A DNA stretch of 64,000 nucleotides from a virus (Duplodnaviria > Caudoviricetes): IMG/VR virus record IMGVR_UViG_3300014204_000174, positions 7,160 through 71,159 of that record; one strand, written 5' to 3'. Each line of letters opens with the position of its first letter. Positions within the stretch are counted from its first letter, which is position 1. The position numbers and the translations under genes are program-made. Shown one piece after another: positions 7,743 to 17,363 of the stretch. The notes under the pieces are model-generated. The model saw nothing but the letters and a program-made list of their open reading frames with translations, did no database searches and was not told where the DNA came from.

Positions 7743-9707
7743 TCAATTATTAATCATTTTTTCAAGATCATTAATTGTAAGAATCTTAACTCCTTTATCC
7801 GCCGCCTTCTTTACCTTAGAACTCATTCTTTCTCCACCAATCACAAGATGAGTTGTCTTCGAAGTAATACCTTCTTCGCCACTGCCACCATATTCAAATA
7901 TTTTTTCTAACAGCTTCTTGCGCGGGCGATAATCAACAAAGTCTCCTGTAAGTGCAAAGATCATTCCATTCAAAGGTCCGTCTTTTGGAACATCTTTCTT
8001 TTCTTCAATATGATTAAAATCAAAGAACAAATCCATATCTTTAACATATTCATATGCTTCATTAAGTTCATCATACAATGTTTGGCCTGTTACAACACTG
8101 CTTTTATTTACAAGTGTTATTTCATCTGCAGCCAAAAGTGAAGAAAAATTCCTTATTCCATTATCATAAATCTTCTTTGATGTTCTATGACCAGTTCTTG
8201 AGAATCCGCATGCTGCAAGTATCTGCCAAAACGGTAAAGACTGAGACTTTTTAACTTCACTGATTATTTTTTCAATACTGTTTTTAGCGAATCCTTCTAC
8301 CTCAAGAAGTCTCCAATAATTAAAAGTATAAAAATCTATTGGAGTTCTGAATTCAAAGTTCTTTACCAGAACAGATACAGTCTGACCAGAAACTGATTCA
8401 ATATCAGCATTTCCCTTTGCAGCGAAGAATGAAAGTTTAGCTATTGTTTTCTGTACACATTTTCCAGGTTTAGATACACATCTGTCATCTTCAAGAGGTT
8501 TACCACATGAAGGACAAACTTCTGGAATTAATACCATTTCATAACTGCGTTTTTCTTCAATTCTTTCAACTTGAGGAATTATCTCGCCCCTCTTAGATAT
8601 TACAACCAAATCTCCAGGAGCTACTTCAAGAGAATTGATAATATCAATGTTATGAAGAGAAGCTCTTGATACAGTTGTTCCTCCAAGTTCAACTGGTTTT
8701 AGAATGGCAACCGGTGTAAGTCTTCCAGTTCTACCAACTTGCCAATCGACTTTAAGAAGTTCAGTTACAGCTTCCTCAGCATCAAACTTCCATGCTATAG
8801 CCCACTTTGGAGCCATTCCATTATCTCCAAGTTCCTCCCTAACATTATAATCAAGAATTTTCAATACAAGTCCGTCTGTGTTAAAATCGAATGTTTTAAA
8901 CATATCTTTATACATTGCCATGCCAACTTCATTTATTGAAGAAAGATCTGCAGGCTGAACTGGAGCGAAAACAAATTCAGAAAAATCATGATTTAAAACA
9001 TATGCTTCACGAAAGAAATCCTTTGATAATTCGCTAAGAGGCTCAAGCTGATGAGCAATGAACTCACATACTTTTCCAAACTCTTTTTCAATAGCAGAAT
9101 CTGAATCTCTTTTCATAAGACCAACTGAAAGATTTCTCGGATTCTTTACAGAATGCTTGCTTTTTACTATCATACTAAAAGTTGAATTACTGATGCATAC
9201 TTCTCCACGAACAGCAACAGAACCAGTAAACTTTATTTTGGAAGGTACATTCTTACAACGATTCAAAGCAAAATCAGTAATATCTTCTCCGAAGAATCCA
9301 TCTCCACGCGATAATGCACGTTTAAGAGCTCCACCGGAGTAATACAATGTCATAGAAGCACCATCAATTTTTGGTTCAACGTTTATCTTACAATTATACT
9401 TTTTAACATTTTTAATAAACCAATCACCATCACCATCTCTTTTAGCCTTAGCCAAAGAAAGATTAGGAAAAGGATGTTTACGTTTTTTACCAGAATCAAT
9501 ATGTCCTTCATGCCCGATTACTTTTGTAGGGCTATCTTGAAGAACAAATTCGGGGAAAAGAGATTCCAAATTAGAAAGATGTTCGATTTCTCTGTCAAAC
9601 TCTGCATCTGAAATGCAATCTTCTCCCAAGTAATACTTCAAACTTTCACCCTTGAGGTAATTCGACAAAGATTCGATTTCTTGCTTTACCTGATCTCTTG
9701 TCTTCAT
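7743..9707 (-). CDS. ligA: NAD+-dependent DNA ligase
   Basis: EPKIDG adenylation motif, TDGLVLK, PKWAIAWKF, VGRTGRLTPVA, Zn finger, C-terminal BRCT. Confidence 0.95.
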   Translation of the reverse strand: MKTRDQVKQEIESLSNYLKGESLKYYLGEDCISDAEFDREIEHLSNLESLFPEFVLQDSPTKVIGHEGHIDSGKKRKHPFPNLSLAKAKRDGDGDWFIKNVKKYNCKINVEPKIDGASMTLYYSGGALKRALSRGDGFFGEDITDFALNRCKNVPSKIKFTGSVAVRGEVCISNSTFSMIVKSKHSVKNPRNLSVGLMKRDSDSAIEKEFGKVCEFIAHQLEPLSELSKDFFREAYVLNHDFSEFVFAPVQPADLSSINEVGMAMYKDMFKTFDFNTDGLVLKILDYNVREELGDNGMAPKWAIAWKFDAEEAVTELLKVDWQVGRTGRLTPVAILKPVELGGTTVSRASLHNIDIINSLEVAPGDLVVISKRGEIIPQVERIEEKRSYEMVLIPEVCPSCGKPLEDDRCVSKPGKCVQKTIAKLSFFAAKGNADIESVSGQTVSVLVKNFEFRTPIDFYTFNYWRLLEVEGFAKNSIEKIISEVKKSQSLPFWQILAACGFSRTGHRTSKKIYDNGIRNFSSLLAADEITLVNKSSVVTGQTLYDELNEAYEYVKDMDLFFDFNHIEEKKDVPKDGPLNGMIFALTGDFVDYRPRKKLLEKIFEYGGSGEEGITSKTTHLVIGGERMSSKVKKAADKGVKILTINDLEKMINN

Positions 9708-9746
9708 TTTATCTCCACAACAATTAGTTAAATTTCAATTAATTAT

Positions 9747-9775
9747 AATATAAACAATGAAAGTCAAAATGTCAA
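9747..9775 (-). promoter_or_regulatory. class I sigma70-like promoter
   Basis: TTGACA-N17-TATATT. Confidence 0.8.
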
Positions 9776-9786
9776 CTACTTTTTTT

Positions 9787-9864
9787 TGGTGACCCTGGTT
9801 GGATTCGAACCAACGACCTGCCGTTTATTAATCGCGCTGCTCTACCAGCTGAGCTTACAGGGCC
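9787..9864 (-). tRNA. aberrant tRNA-like gene (Ile-like, loop UUAAUAA / possible AAU anticodon)
   Basis: Intact acceptor (GGCCCUG/CAGGGUC-A-CCA), D-arm and T-arm; irregular anticodon stem and an extra nt at 8/9. Confidence 0.7.
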
Positions 9865-9870
9865 ATAAAT

Positions 9871-10218
9871 TTAGAAAATCTCTTTTTCAGAATTAATAAA
9901 ACTGTCTTCCATATTAATTTTTATAGGTGTTGCTAATCCTCGATCTATAAAATGATTTTTACATTCTTCAAAACTCATATTATTTTCTAGTTGTTCAATA
10001 AAATAATCTCCATCTGCTTCTTTTAATTCATCAAATGATTCATCAAAACTTACTCCATCTATTTCTGAATAATAAGTAACAACTTCAAGAACTATAAGAG
10101 CAATTGGAAGACCGTAACATTTTCCATCTGCTAGATCCATTCTAATCTCTTTCTCTAGCAATGGCATAGAACTTTTATACTTATCCCTAAAAGTATCAAC
10201 TTCTTCTTTCGTAAACAT
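9871..10218 (-). CDS. hypothetical protein
   Basis: ORF track; co-oriented. Confidence 0.6.
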   Translation of the reverse strand: MFTKEEVDTFRDKYKSSMPLLEKEIRMDLADGKCYGLPIALIVLEVVTYYSEIDGVSFDESFDELKEADGDYFIEQLENNMSFEECKNHFIDRGLATPIKINMEDSFINSEKEIF

Positions 10219-10737
10219 TTACATCCCTTTCTTTATTATATCATTAAAAGTTTTAAAATCTTTAGCCAAACATTTATTTGTCATACCATCTATAATATCT
10301 TTTATTTTATCAAAAGCATAATTAAGAGCAGCTTTTGCAGTATTATGATATAACCAATTATCTTCATCATCTTTTAAATCATCAACAGCCTTCTTTACAG
10401 CATTCTTCACTGGTTCATCTAAAATATAACTAAGTTGACGTCTAACTTCTTCTTTAATATATTCATCAATTTTATTTCTAATATCTTGTCTAATAATAGT
10501 ATTTTCTCTGTATTCAGTATTAAGAAAAGCAGCGTTAACTTTTAAAGAAATATCATCTTTAAGTTGAATCACTGCTTTTTCTATAGCTTCGTTGCTAGCT
10601 AAACCCTTCAAATGTTTGTTTGTAAACTCCTGAACAATATTTCCTCTAAGTTCAAGACTAATATCTTCACCCTTCTTAATACCAAACAATCTTTCAAGAG
10701 CTTCAACATTGTTAATCTGAATCTTAACTCCGCTCAT
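10219..10737 (-). CDS. hypothetical protein
   Basis: ORF track; abuts neighbour. Confidence 0.65.
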   Translation of the reverse strand: MSGVKIQINNVEALERLFGIKKGEDISLELRGNIVQEFTNKHLKGLASNEAIEKAVIQLKDDISLKVNAAFLNTEYRENTIIRQDIRNKIDEYIKEEVRRQLSYILDEPVKNAVKKAVDDLKDDEDNWLYHNTAKAALNYAFDKIKDIIDGMTNKCLAKDFKTFNDIIKKGM

Positions 10738-10755
10738 AATATATTCCTTTCTAAA

Positions 10756-11445
10756 TTATGTTAAAAATGCATTTGTAACTACTATTGTTCTAATTCCAGC
10801 ATTTTTAAACAAAGTAATTTCCCAATCTTCTATTTTTCTTTTAGTCTTAACATCTTGAAAACTATTAACAAGTATATGACAACCAGTTTTTATATCTTTT
10901 TCTATCCACACTAAATGTTCTGCTATTTTTTCTGCTATATCTTCTCCTGTTAATGTACAAACATTATTTTCACTTGCATATCCAAATTCATCATGATAAT
11001 CCCAAGATAATTTTTTTACATTAAATGTTATACTTTTAACAATAAAATAACTTCTTTTATTTCCAACCATGTAAATTGTATCTCCAACTGAGTACTTAGG
11101 CTTAAATATATTATGATGTGTATCTTTCTTTAAATCTTTTACCATAATTGTTGATGATATTTTTATCATAAATTCAACAGACTTGCTTATCATAATATCT
11201 GTATCTACTATTGTTGAAAATATAGCACCATTCTTAAGTAAACAATTTATAATAATATAGCATTTATCTGTATATAAAACATTACTACTACGATACACAA
11301 TTACTTTACCATTATTGATTAAAACAGAAATATCAACAAATTCAGATATTTCATCAGAAAGATATGAAATAAGATATTCATCTTCTTCTTCACTTTTAAA
11401 TAAATTAATAATTCTTCCAATAAGTTCTTTATTATCCATTTTCAT
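10756..11445 (-). CDS. hypothetical protein
   Basis: ORF track; directly downstream of promoter. Confidence 0.6.
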   Translation of the reverse strand: MKMDNKELIGRIINLFKSEEEDEYLISYLSDEISEFVDISVLINNGKVIVYRSSNVLYTDKCYIIINCLLKNGAIFSTIVDTDIMISKSVEFMIKISSTIMVKDLKKDTHHNIFKPKYSVGDTIYMVGNKRSYFIVKSITFNVKKLSWDYHDEFGYASENNVCTLTGEDIAEKIAEHLVWIEKDIKTGCHILVNSFQDVKTKRKIEDWEITLFKNAGIRTIVVTNAFLT

Positions 11446-11475
11446 TTTCCTCTGTTTGAATTTTCAATTAATTAT

Positions 11476-11504
11476 AATATAAACAATGAAAATCTAAATG
11501 TCAA
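11476..11504 (-). promoter_or_regulatory. class I sigma70-like promoter
   Basis: TTGACA-N17-TATATT. Confidence 0.8.
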
Positions 11505-11847
11505 TTACTTTTTTCATAATATCTTGTTTAAGAAAAAGCAAAGATTTAAACTTATCTTCAACTTTTTCAGTAAACACTGTATACGCAGTAGGTTCCTTCA
11601 GAAGTACCATATTATTCTTTGTAGTATAAGAACTAATATGTCTTCTTGTCGCTTTTCCAGTACTTTTTCCAGACCATGTTTCTTCAAAAGCTGTTACAAC
11701 TGTTTTATCATTTTCAGATATTCCAGTAAATACTCCAACCCTAAGTTTAGCAGAACAAGACAGTTTAACTGGATATGCAATAAAATCTCCAGTTATTATT
11801 TTTCTACCAAACATATCAGTTGTTTCATTTTTAACTATCTTTATCAT
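11494..11847 (-). CDS. hypothetical protein (paralog of 11844-12149)
   Basis: Shared DxFG...G..(I/V)AY...VGVFxG(I/V)S motif. Confidence 0.6.
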   Translation of the reverse strand: MIKIVKNETTDMFGRKIITGDFIAYPVKLSCSAKLRVGVFTGISENDKTVVTAFEETWSGKSTGKATRRHISSYTTKNNMVLLKEPTAYTVFTEKVEDKFKSLLFLKQDIMKKVIDI

Positions 11848-12149
11848 TTCATTTTCTCCAATTCACAGTTCTTAAAAATAGAAGTCATTAATTTTTCCAT
11901 CTCTTCTGTTGCTCTTCCAAAACATTTAGTTCCATTCATAGAAACAATTGATGATCTACCAACAAATATTGGTTTATCACCATTTGGAAATTCTACTTTA
12001 CATCCTCCTGATATGTTTGATACTCCAGCAAAAACTCCAACTACTACTATACATGACGAATGGCCATGACCTCTTGCATATGCAACTGGATGTCCAGGTT
12101 CAACGACTGTTCCAAATACATCTTTAACTGATTTAAGTTCAAGTTTCAT
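11844..12149 (-). CDS. hypothetical protein (paralog of 11494-11847)
   Basis: Shared motif; 4-nt overlap. Confidence 0.6.
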   Translation of the reverse strand: MKLELKSVKDVFGTVVEPGHPVAYARGHGHSSCIVVVGVFAGVSNISGGCKVEFPNGDKPIFVGRSSIVSMNGTKCFGRATEEMEKLMTSIFKNCELEKMK

Positions 12150-12841
12150 TATTCCCTCAAAAAATGAATAGTATCATCTTGAACATCATGTTCACTGAAC
12201 ATTACTTTTAAAAGTCCAACCCACTTATTATAGTTACCAAACTTCTTTATGTTGTTGACTGTAGTTAATGAAGCTTTCTCAAACTCTGGTTTATGGAGAT
12301 GAATTTCCATAACTAATTCATCTGGCCAAAATAAAAGATCTTCAGAAAACAATTTATGTTCATATCCTTCAACATCAACTTTCAAGATATCAGGACGAAT
12401 ACAATCCAAAAGAGGAGATAGTTTTACTGTTTTTACTTTTACTGTTTTTCTACCTCTAGTTTTCCTCAATGTATGTTGACCCTTGTTCTTTCCAGAAGCA
12501 ATATATAATTCCAATTCTTCAGGATCTTCATCTGCTACAACTGCTAAATTATTACATGCAACTGGAACATTTACTGTATTAAGCAAAAGCATTTTATAAT
12601 TATCTGGATCTGGTTCAAATGCAATAACACTCTTTGCTCCTCTGGCTATAGCATATCTAGAAAAAGCTCCGATATTAGCACCGATATCCATTACTGTTTT
12701 TCCAACAAATGAATTTATAGTACCATACTCTCCATCTTGTTCATTGACTACAAATGTATCAAGTGTTCCTTTACGACAAAAGATTTCTCCCATAGCAGTA
12801 TAATTTTTTGGAATATGTTTAAAAATTTGGTAATCTTCCAT
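12149..12841 (-). CDS. FkbM-family SAM-dependent methyltransferase
   Basis: VMDIGANIGAFS, VIAFEPDP, ILKVDVEGYE. Confidence 0.85.
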   Translation of the reverse strand: MEDYQIFKHIPKNYTAMGEIFCRKGTLDTFVVNEQDGEYGTINSFVGKTVMDIGANIGAFSRYAIARGAKSVIAFEPDPDNYKMLLLNTVNVPVACNNLAVVADEDPEELELYIASGKNKGQHTLRKTRGRKTVKVKTVKLSPLLDCIRPDILKVDVEGYEHKLFSEDLLFWPDELVMEIHLHKPEFEKASLTTVNNIKKFGNYNKWVGLLKVMFSEHDVQDDTIHFLRE

Positions 12842-12859
12842 TATATTTTTCCTTTTAAT

Positions 12860-12992
12860 AACTGCGTGGTCCAGAGATTGAAGAAATTTGCTTATCGCGT
12901 ACTAATCTTAGTCTACACCTAAGACCAGCCCTAAGGATAAAGGTTCAAATTTCTCTCTGTGTAGATCAGGTATCTCCGGACCAAACGCAGTT
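12860..12992 (-). ncRNA. unclassified pseudoknotted structured RNA (133 nt)
   Basis: 19-bp terminal helix with 2-nt bulge, 10-bp inner helix, hairpin whose 7-nt loop GUGUAGA is complementary to upstream UCUACAC; G-U pairs valid on minus. Confidence 0.65.
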
Positions 12993-12998
12993 TTATGT

Positions 12999-13190
12999 TT
13001 AAGCTAGGTTAAATTTACCAATCCCAGCTTCGAATACTCTGATTGTTTCTCCATCAGGAGAAGGAAGCATCTTAAAATACGATTCGGGTTTACGAATCTT
13101 CCTGAAAGCGTCATCACCTTCCATCTTAATAACGTATCCTCTTCCAGCTGCTTCTTTCTTAAACTTTTTCCACATCTCAGCATAAATCAT
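12999..13190 (-). CDS. hypothetical protein
   Basis: ORF track; RBS. Confidence 0.55.
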   Translation of the reverse strand: MIYAEMWKKFKKEAAGRGYVIKMEGDDAFRKIRKPESYFKMLPSPDGETIRVFEAGIGKFNLA

Positions 13191-13213
13191 TTCATTCTCC
13201 TTCTTTTAAACGT

Positions 13214-13891
13214 TTAACAAAAGTAGTAATTCTTAGAACCAAAAAATGGAACCATATTAATACAGTGAAAATTAGTTATTTCATCAGTATCTTCAAATAC
13301 ATATTTTCCGTTTGTGGTCATATGATAATGAGAAAAGAACCATTCAGAAGGTCTTGATGTATCAAGAATTGCATCCAATGCAAACTGAGAATAAGAATCT
13401 TTGTATTGTGGAAATGCTTTAAATTTAGATGGACAAGTATGAGAAATTACAACATCTACTTTTCCAACAGACATTGCTTTTTCAGCTTCAGATGCAGAAA
13501 TACTTTCCTCTGGAAACCAATCCAAACCCGGGGTTCTTGTAGAGTAATCTACGGATTCAGCACCTCCAATAAACAAAAACTTTTTTCCAAAAATTTCAAC
13601 AATACCACCTCTACTAATATGAATAATATTTGGTTTTATTTCCGCAAATGAATCATCTTTATCTTTATGCAATTTTTTGAGATAAGGATGATCTTCATGA
13701 TTGCCATCACAGAACAAAAGTTTAGCACCATCCATAATACTCAGATCATTAAATTCTTTATAATCTGGCCAAACCCCGAACTCACCGCAACAGATAAATG
13801 TATCTATACCAAGATGCATTTCTTCTTTTACGATTTTATTCAAAGTATGAAACTTTCCATGTACATCACCAATCAAACATATCTTTTTCAT
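13214..13891 (-). CDS. calcineurin-like metallophosphoesterase
   Basis: IGDVHG, CGEFG, DGNHE, SHT, SHYH motifs. Confidence 0.85.
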   Translation of the reverse strand: MKKICLIGDVHGKFHTLNKIVKEEMHLGIDTFICCGEFGVWPDYKEFNDLSIMDGAKLLFCDGNHEDHPYLKKLHKDKDDSFAEIKPNIIHISRGGIVEIFGKKFLFIGGAESVDYSTRTPGLDWFPEESISASEAEKAMSVGKVDVVISHTCPSKFKAFPQYKDSYSQFALDAILDTSRPSEWFFSHYHMTTNGKYVFEDTDEITNFHCINMVPFFGSKNYYFC

Positions 13892-13942
13892 TTCATCCTT
13901 CTCATTTAAGTTTTCTGTTTATTTCAATTTTCAATTAATTAT

Positions 13943-13971
13943 AATATAAATTATTGGTAGTTAAATGTCAA
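13943..13971 (-). promoter_or_regulatory. class I sigma70-like promoter
   Basis: TTGACA-N17-TATATT. Confidence 0.8.
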
Positions 13972-13975
13972 TAGA

Positions 13976-14017
13976 AAACTTTGGTACGATATAATTTTAT
14001 TTCTCGTACCAAAGTTT
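13976..14017. terminator. probable intrinsic terminator
   Basis: 14-bp inverted repeat AAACTTTGGTACGA/TCGTACCAAAGTTT directly after ORF 14026-14424. Confidence 0.6.
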
Positions 14018-14025
14018 CTTTGATA

Positions 14026-14424
14026 TTACACTAACATCATAGGTCTATAATTACTAAACTGATGCAGCGCTCGTTCTTGAATCTTCTTCAAAGACCGACG
14101 AAGATTTTCATTAAGCGGAAGATCATGTCCAACATTTCTTCGTTCAAGCTGTTTTAATGCTCTTCCTAAGGCAATATTATATGTCTTCTTTAAAGCTTCT
14201 TTCCGCTGAGTTTTATTCATCTTTCCAGCAGCAGTGAAAAGACTGTAACCAAAGGTAACAAGCTGATCTCCATGAATATTTCGCGGAACTGCTATAACAA
14301 CTCCAATTGGAGTTCCATTCTTTTTTCTAACATATTCCTTCACTACATCTGTAACATCAAAGAATGTTCTCTTCGGTTTCTTTTTATCTTCTACTGCCAA
14401 TGTTTCATTAGTCTCGGGAATCAT
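14026..14424 (-). CDS. hypothetical protein
   Basis: ORF track. Confidence 0.6.
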   Translation of the reverse strand: MIPETNETLAVEDKKKPKRTFFDVTDVVKEYVRKKNGTPIGVVIAVPRNIHGDQLVTFGYSLFTAAGKMNKTQRKEALKKTYNIALGRALKQLERRNVGHDLPLNENLRRSLKKIQERALHQFSNYRPMMLV

Positions 14425-14615
14425 TTCTTTTCTCCTGCTTTTTTTGTTTTTACTGCATTATCGGTTTTAAGGCTTGAACTCGACGATGTTCTCTCTGCAT
14501 TACATACTGTACATCTATATCTACCCTTTTCTTTCCTTTCATTAAAAACTCTATTTCCTCGACCATAAGTTAAATCTTGAAAATCATGTTTGCAAGTACA
14601 ACTCATAATAGGCAT
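14421..14615 (-). CDS. small Cys/His zinc-binding phage protein
   Basis: CTCKH...RCTVC. Confidence 0.6.
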   Translation of the reverse strand: MPIMSCTCKHDFQDLTYGRGNRVFNERKEKGRYRCTVCNAERTSSSSSLKTDNAVKTKKAGEKK

Positions 14616-14630
14616 AGTCCATTCCTTTTC

Positions 14631-15143
14631 TTAAACGTTTTTACCAATAGACCTTGCATAGTCAACCCATTTTTTAGGATTAACAATATATACAGCTTCA
14701 TTACAATGATACCGAAAAGCCTTCTTTACAGCAGCCTGAACCACTGAGAAAAGATGACTGATATAATACTTTGCATAATAATCCTGATCATTGTAAGAAT
14801 GCTTGTCGAATTCATAAGTTTCAAGTTCATCAAATTCGACATATTCTCCGGTTTTATTCGGCACATTAATGATTTGATAAGCCAAAATATCAATATCATT
14901 GCGCCATCTGACTACTGAAATAACATAATCTCCAATATCAATAGGTACAAGAGCATGTTTTCCACACTCAGATTCAACTGTTGGCATTGTAACAAAAATT
15001 GCACTTTTCCGCTTTCCTTCAGAATCACATATTACTACAGATTCTCCGCAATGCTTACATCCACCACCACGTTCCCAAAGTGACTTAACATTTGTCTTCG
15101 ATACTTCAACAGGAAATTTCTCTTCACTAATCATGACTAACAT
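14631..15143 (-). CDS. hypothetical protein
   Basis: ORF track. Confidence 0.6.
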   Translation of the reverse strand: MLVMISEEKFPVEVSKTNVKSLWERGGGCKHCGESVVICDSEGKRKSAIFVTMPTVESECGKHALVPIDIGDYVISVVRWRNDIDILAYQIINVPNKTGEYVEFDELETYEFDKHSYNDQDYYAKYYISHLFSVVQAAVKKAFRYHCNEAVYIVNPKKWVDYARSIGKNV

Positions 15144-15168
15144 TCTCCATTTTTAAATTTAGTTTATT

Positions 15169-15474
15169 TTATGACGAAAGTTCTTCCAAAAACTTAAATA
15201 AACATGAAACAGAAAGTAATACACAACTAAAAAATAAACAACATACTGAAGATACACTCAGAAATAAATTATCACCTCCAAACAAAAATAATATCATTGA
15301 TAATCCCATTGCTAATATAGACATATTCCATAAATCATCTGACTGCTTTCCTCTTTGTATTGCTTTTCTTAAATCCTCCCCACATTCTGGACATATTATG
15401 ACATTTATATCAGATTCTGTAGAGATAGTCATCTTATATCCACAAGTTAAGCATTTATACTTTACATTTTTCAT
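15169..15474 (-). CDS. zinc-ribbon membrane protein
   Basis: CLTCG...CPECG plus two hydrophobic helices. Confidence 0.55.
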   Translation of the reverse strand: MKNVKYKCLTCGYKMTISTESDINVIICPECGEDLRKAIQRGKQSDDLWNMSILAMGLSMILFLFGGDNLFLSVSSVCCLFFSCVLLSVSCLFKFLEELSS

Positions 15475-15486
15475 CTTTACCCCATT

Positions 15487-17280
15487 CTATAGTTCGTCAT
15501 GAGAACTACTAAAGAACTGCATTATTTCTTTAGCATCTTCAATCTTTACAAGTATTGGTTCATTTATCATAGATTTTGTAGCATTTTTAGACATAGAACC
15601 AAGACCTTTGAAGTACTTTACATTTATAGCATCTTCAGGTGGTTTTTCCTTTGAATATTTTATTTCCTTTCCTGTTTTATATTCATAAAGTGGAGCTTCA
15701 AGTATAAACAGTCTACCTTCTTCAATAAACCAAGGAAAGAATTTTGCGAAGAATTGAATAAGTAGTAATCTAATGTGCAAGCCATCCGGATCTTGGTCAC
15801 TTGCTATATAACATTTTCCATGACGAAGGCTATTCTTATCTCCTAATCCTATTGCTCCAATTATATGCATATACTTATCAGACGATGTTACCTGAGCAAG
15901 AGTCTGGTTAAAAACATTAGAAGGTTTTCCCTTCAAAGGAAATAGAGACATTGTTTTTGGATTTCTTACTGAGTTAAATTGACCAAGTGCAGAATCACCC
16001 TCTGTTAAAAGAATTACTTTTTCTTCAGAATTTCTGCTTGTAGCTTCAACCAATTTAGGAATATACGTTTTCTTAACATTCTTTATAACAACTTCAGCTC
16101 TTGAGTTATCCCTTGCATTAAAATGTTCGGAAAACATTTCCGAAACTTTAGGATTGTTGGCAATAATTTTTCCACACTTGATAGCATCAAGATTGGAGAA
16201 TGAAAAATCAGAGTAAGTTACCTTTACAAGAATATCTTTAGTCTGATTCTTAAATCTTGCATTGGTACCTTTGAAGAAAGCTACTACAGAAATATTATCT
16301 CTGAACCATCCATTTGTTGCAACATTTGTCTTCATACGACGATTAAGGATTTCTCTTGCTTGACTGTAAATGTAATTTACCAATCCGTCGAACTCAACAT
16401 AATATGAAATAGGCTTCGAATTAACCGTAACTGAACGATTACAAGTATCGGATAATCCGATGAATATTTCAGCTTCAGGTGATACATGCTTACAAAGAAT
16501 GTTTTGAACCATGGCGGAAACAAACTCGCCACGACGCATTACAACTTTTTCATCATTGAAGAAGAACCGAACTTTTGGATAAACAACAGAAAGATTACGT
16601 AAATACTCAATGAAAAGTTCCTTATACTCATCATAGATAGATTCATCGAGGTTGAACAATGAAAGGTCAGGTTTAAACCGAATCAAAGTATGCTTTGATT
16701 TAGTTTTCTTAAGAATCTGTTCATTGTTCTTTTTTGAATGAGACAAGAAAGTTTGAATATATCTTGACTCTCCGTTGGCAGTATCAAGTTCAAATACTTC
16801 CGAGAAGAAATTTACAAGAGATATTCCACAACCGTTCATCCCAATCGTTACTCTTCCGTTGTCTTCAAAATTTGTACCTGAATTCAATTTAGTAAGAATC
16901 CATTCGGGTGCATATTTGCTTTCACCTGAGAATTCATACTTTTCCTGAGGGTAACCACCGCCATTATCATGAACCGTTATGAAGCCATCAGATGTTTTAA
17001 CTCTTACTTCAGTCAGCTCACCATGACGTTCATGCTCATCTACAGAATTTGTAACAGCTTCTTCAAATAACCTGAAGAAAGCTTCTGAGAATGAGAACTC
17101 CTTCGGAAAGAATCTGTTCTTCTCGGTATCATAAACATTGAAAGATTTATTAACTCTTTCAATAGTACCAAGAAGCTCTTCTGGACGAAGGTGAGCTTTA
17201 TCAACCTCTGTGAGAACTTTGAATCCGCTCTTTGCAGAATCAGCTCTCGTTACGATGTCCATGATACTTTCTTTTTTCAT
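15487..17280 (-). CDS. type IIA DNA topoisomerase large subunit (T4 gp39+gp60 fused)
   Basis: EAVTNSVD, DNGGG, GMNGCG (GHKL); LTEGDSA, PLKGK, DQDPDG, YFKGLG (TOPRIM). Confidence 0.95.
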   Translation of the reverse strand: MKKESIMDIVTRADSAKSGFKVLTEVDKAHLRPEELLGTIERVNKSFNVYDTEKNRFFPKEFSFSEAFFRLFEEAVTNSVDEHERHGELTEVRVKTSDGFITVHDNGGGYPQEKYEFSGESKYAPEWILTKLNSGTNFEDNGRVTIGMNGCGISLVNFFSEVFELDTANGESRYIQTFLSHSKKNNEQILKKTKSKHTLIRFKPDLSLFNLDESIYDEYKELFIEYLRNLSVVYPKVRFFFNDEKVVMRRGEFVSAMVQNILCKHVSPEAEIFIGLSDTCNRSVTVNSKPISYYVEFDGLVNYIYSQAREILNRRMKTNVATNGWFRDNISVVAFFKGTNARFKNQTKDILVKVTYSDFSFSNLDAIKCGKIIANNPKVSEMFSEHFNARDNSRAEVVIKNVKKTYIPKLVEATSRNSEEKVILLTEGDSALGQFNSVRNPKTMSLFPLKGKPSNVFNQTLAQVTSSDKYMHIIGAIGLGDKNSLRHGKCYIASDQDPDGLHIRLLLIQFFAKFFPWFIEEGRLFILEAPLYEYKTGKEIKYSKEKPPEDAINVKYFKGLGSMSKNATKSMINEPILVKIEDAKEIMQFFSSSHDEL

Positions 17281-17334
17281 TCTACCCCCAAGCAGTTTAA
17301 GCTATTTAGAACAGTTGCAATCTTCAATAAAGTA

Positions 17335-17363
17335 AATATAACAAACCGTGACCTAAATGTCAA
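17335..17363 (-). promoter_or_regulatory. class I sigma70-like promoter
   Basis: TTGACA-N17-TATATT. Confidence 0.8.

Noticed and set aside
15487-17280. T4 gene-60-style bypass in the topoisomerase
   Set aside because: ATPase and TOPRIM parts are in one uninterrupted ORF.
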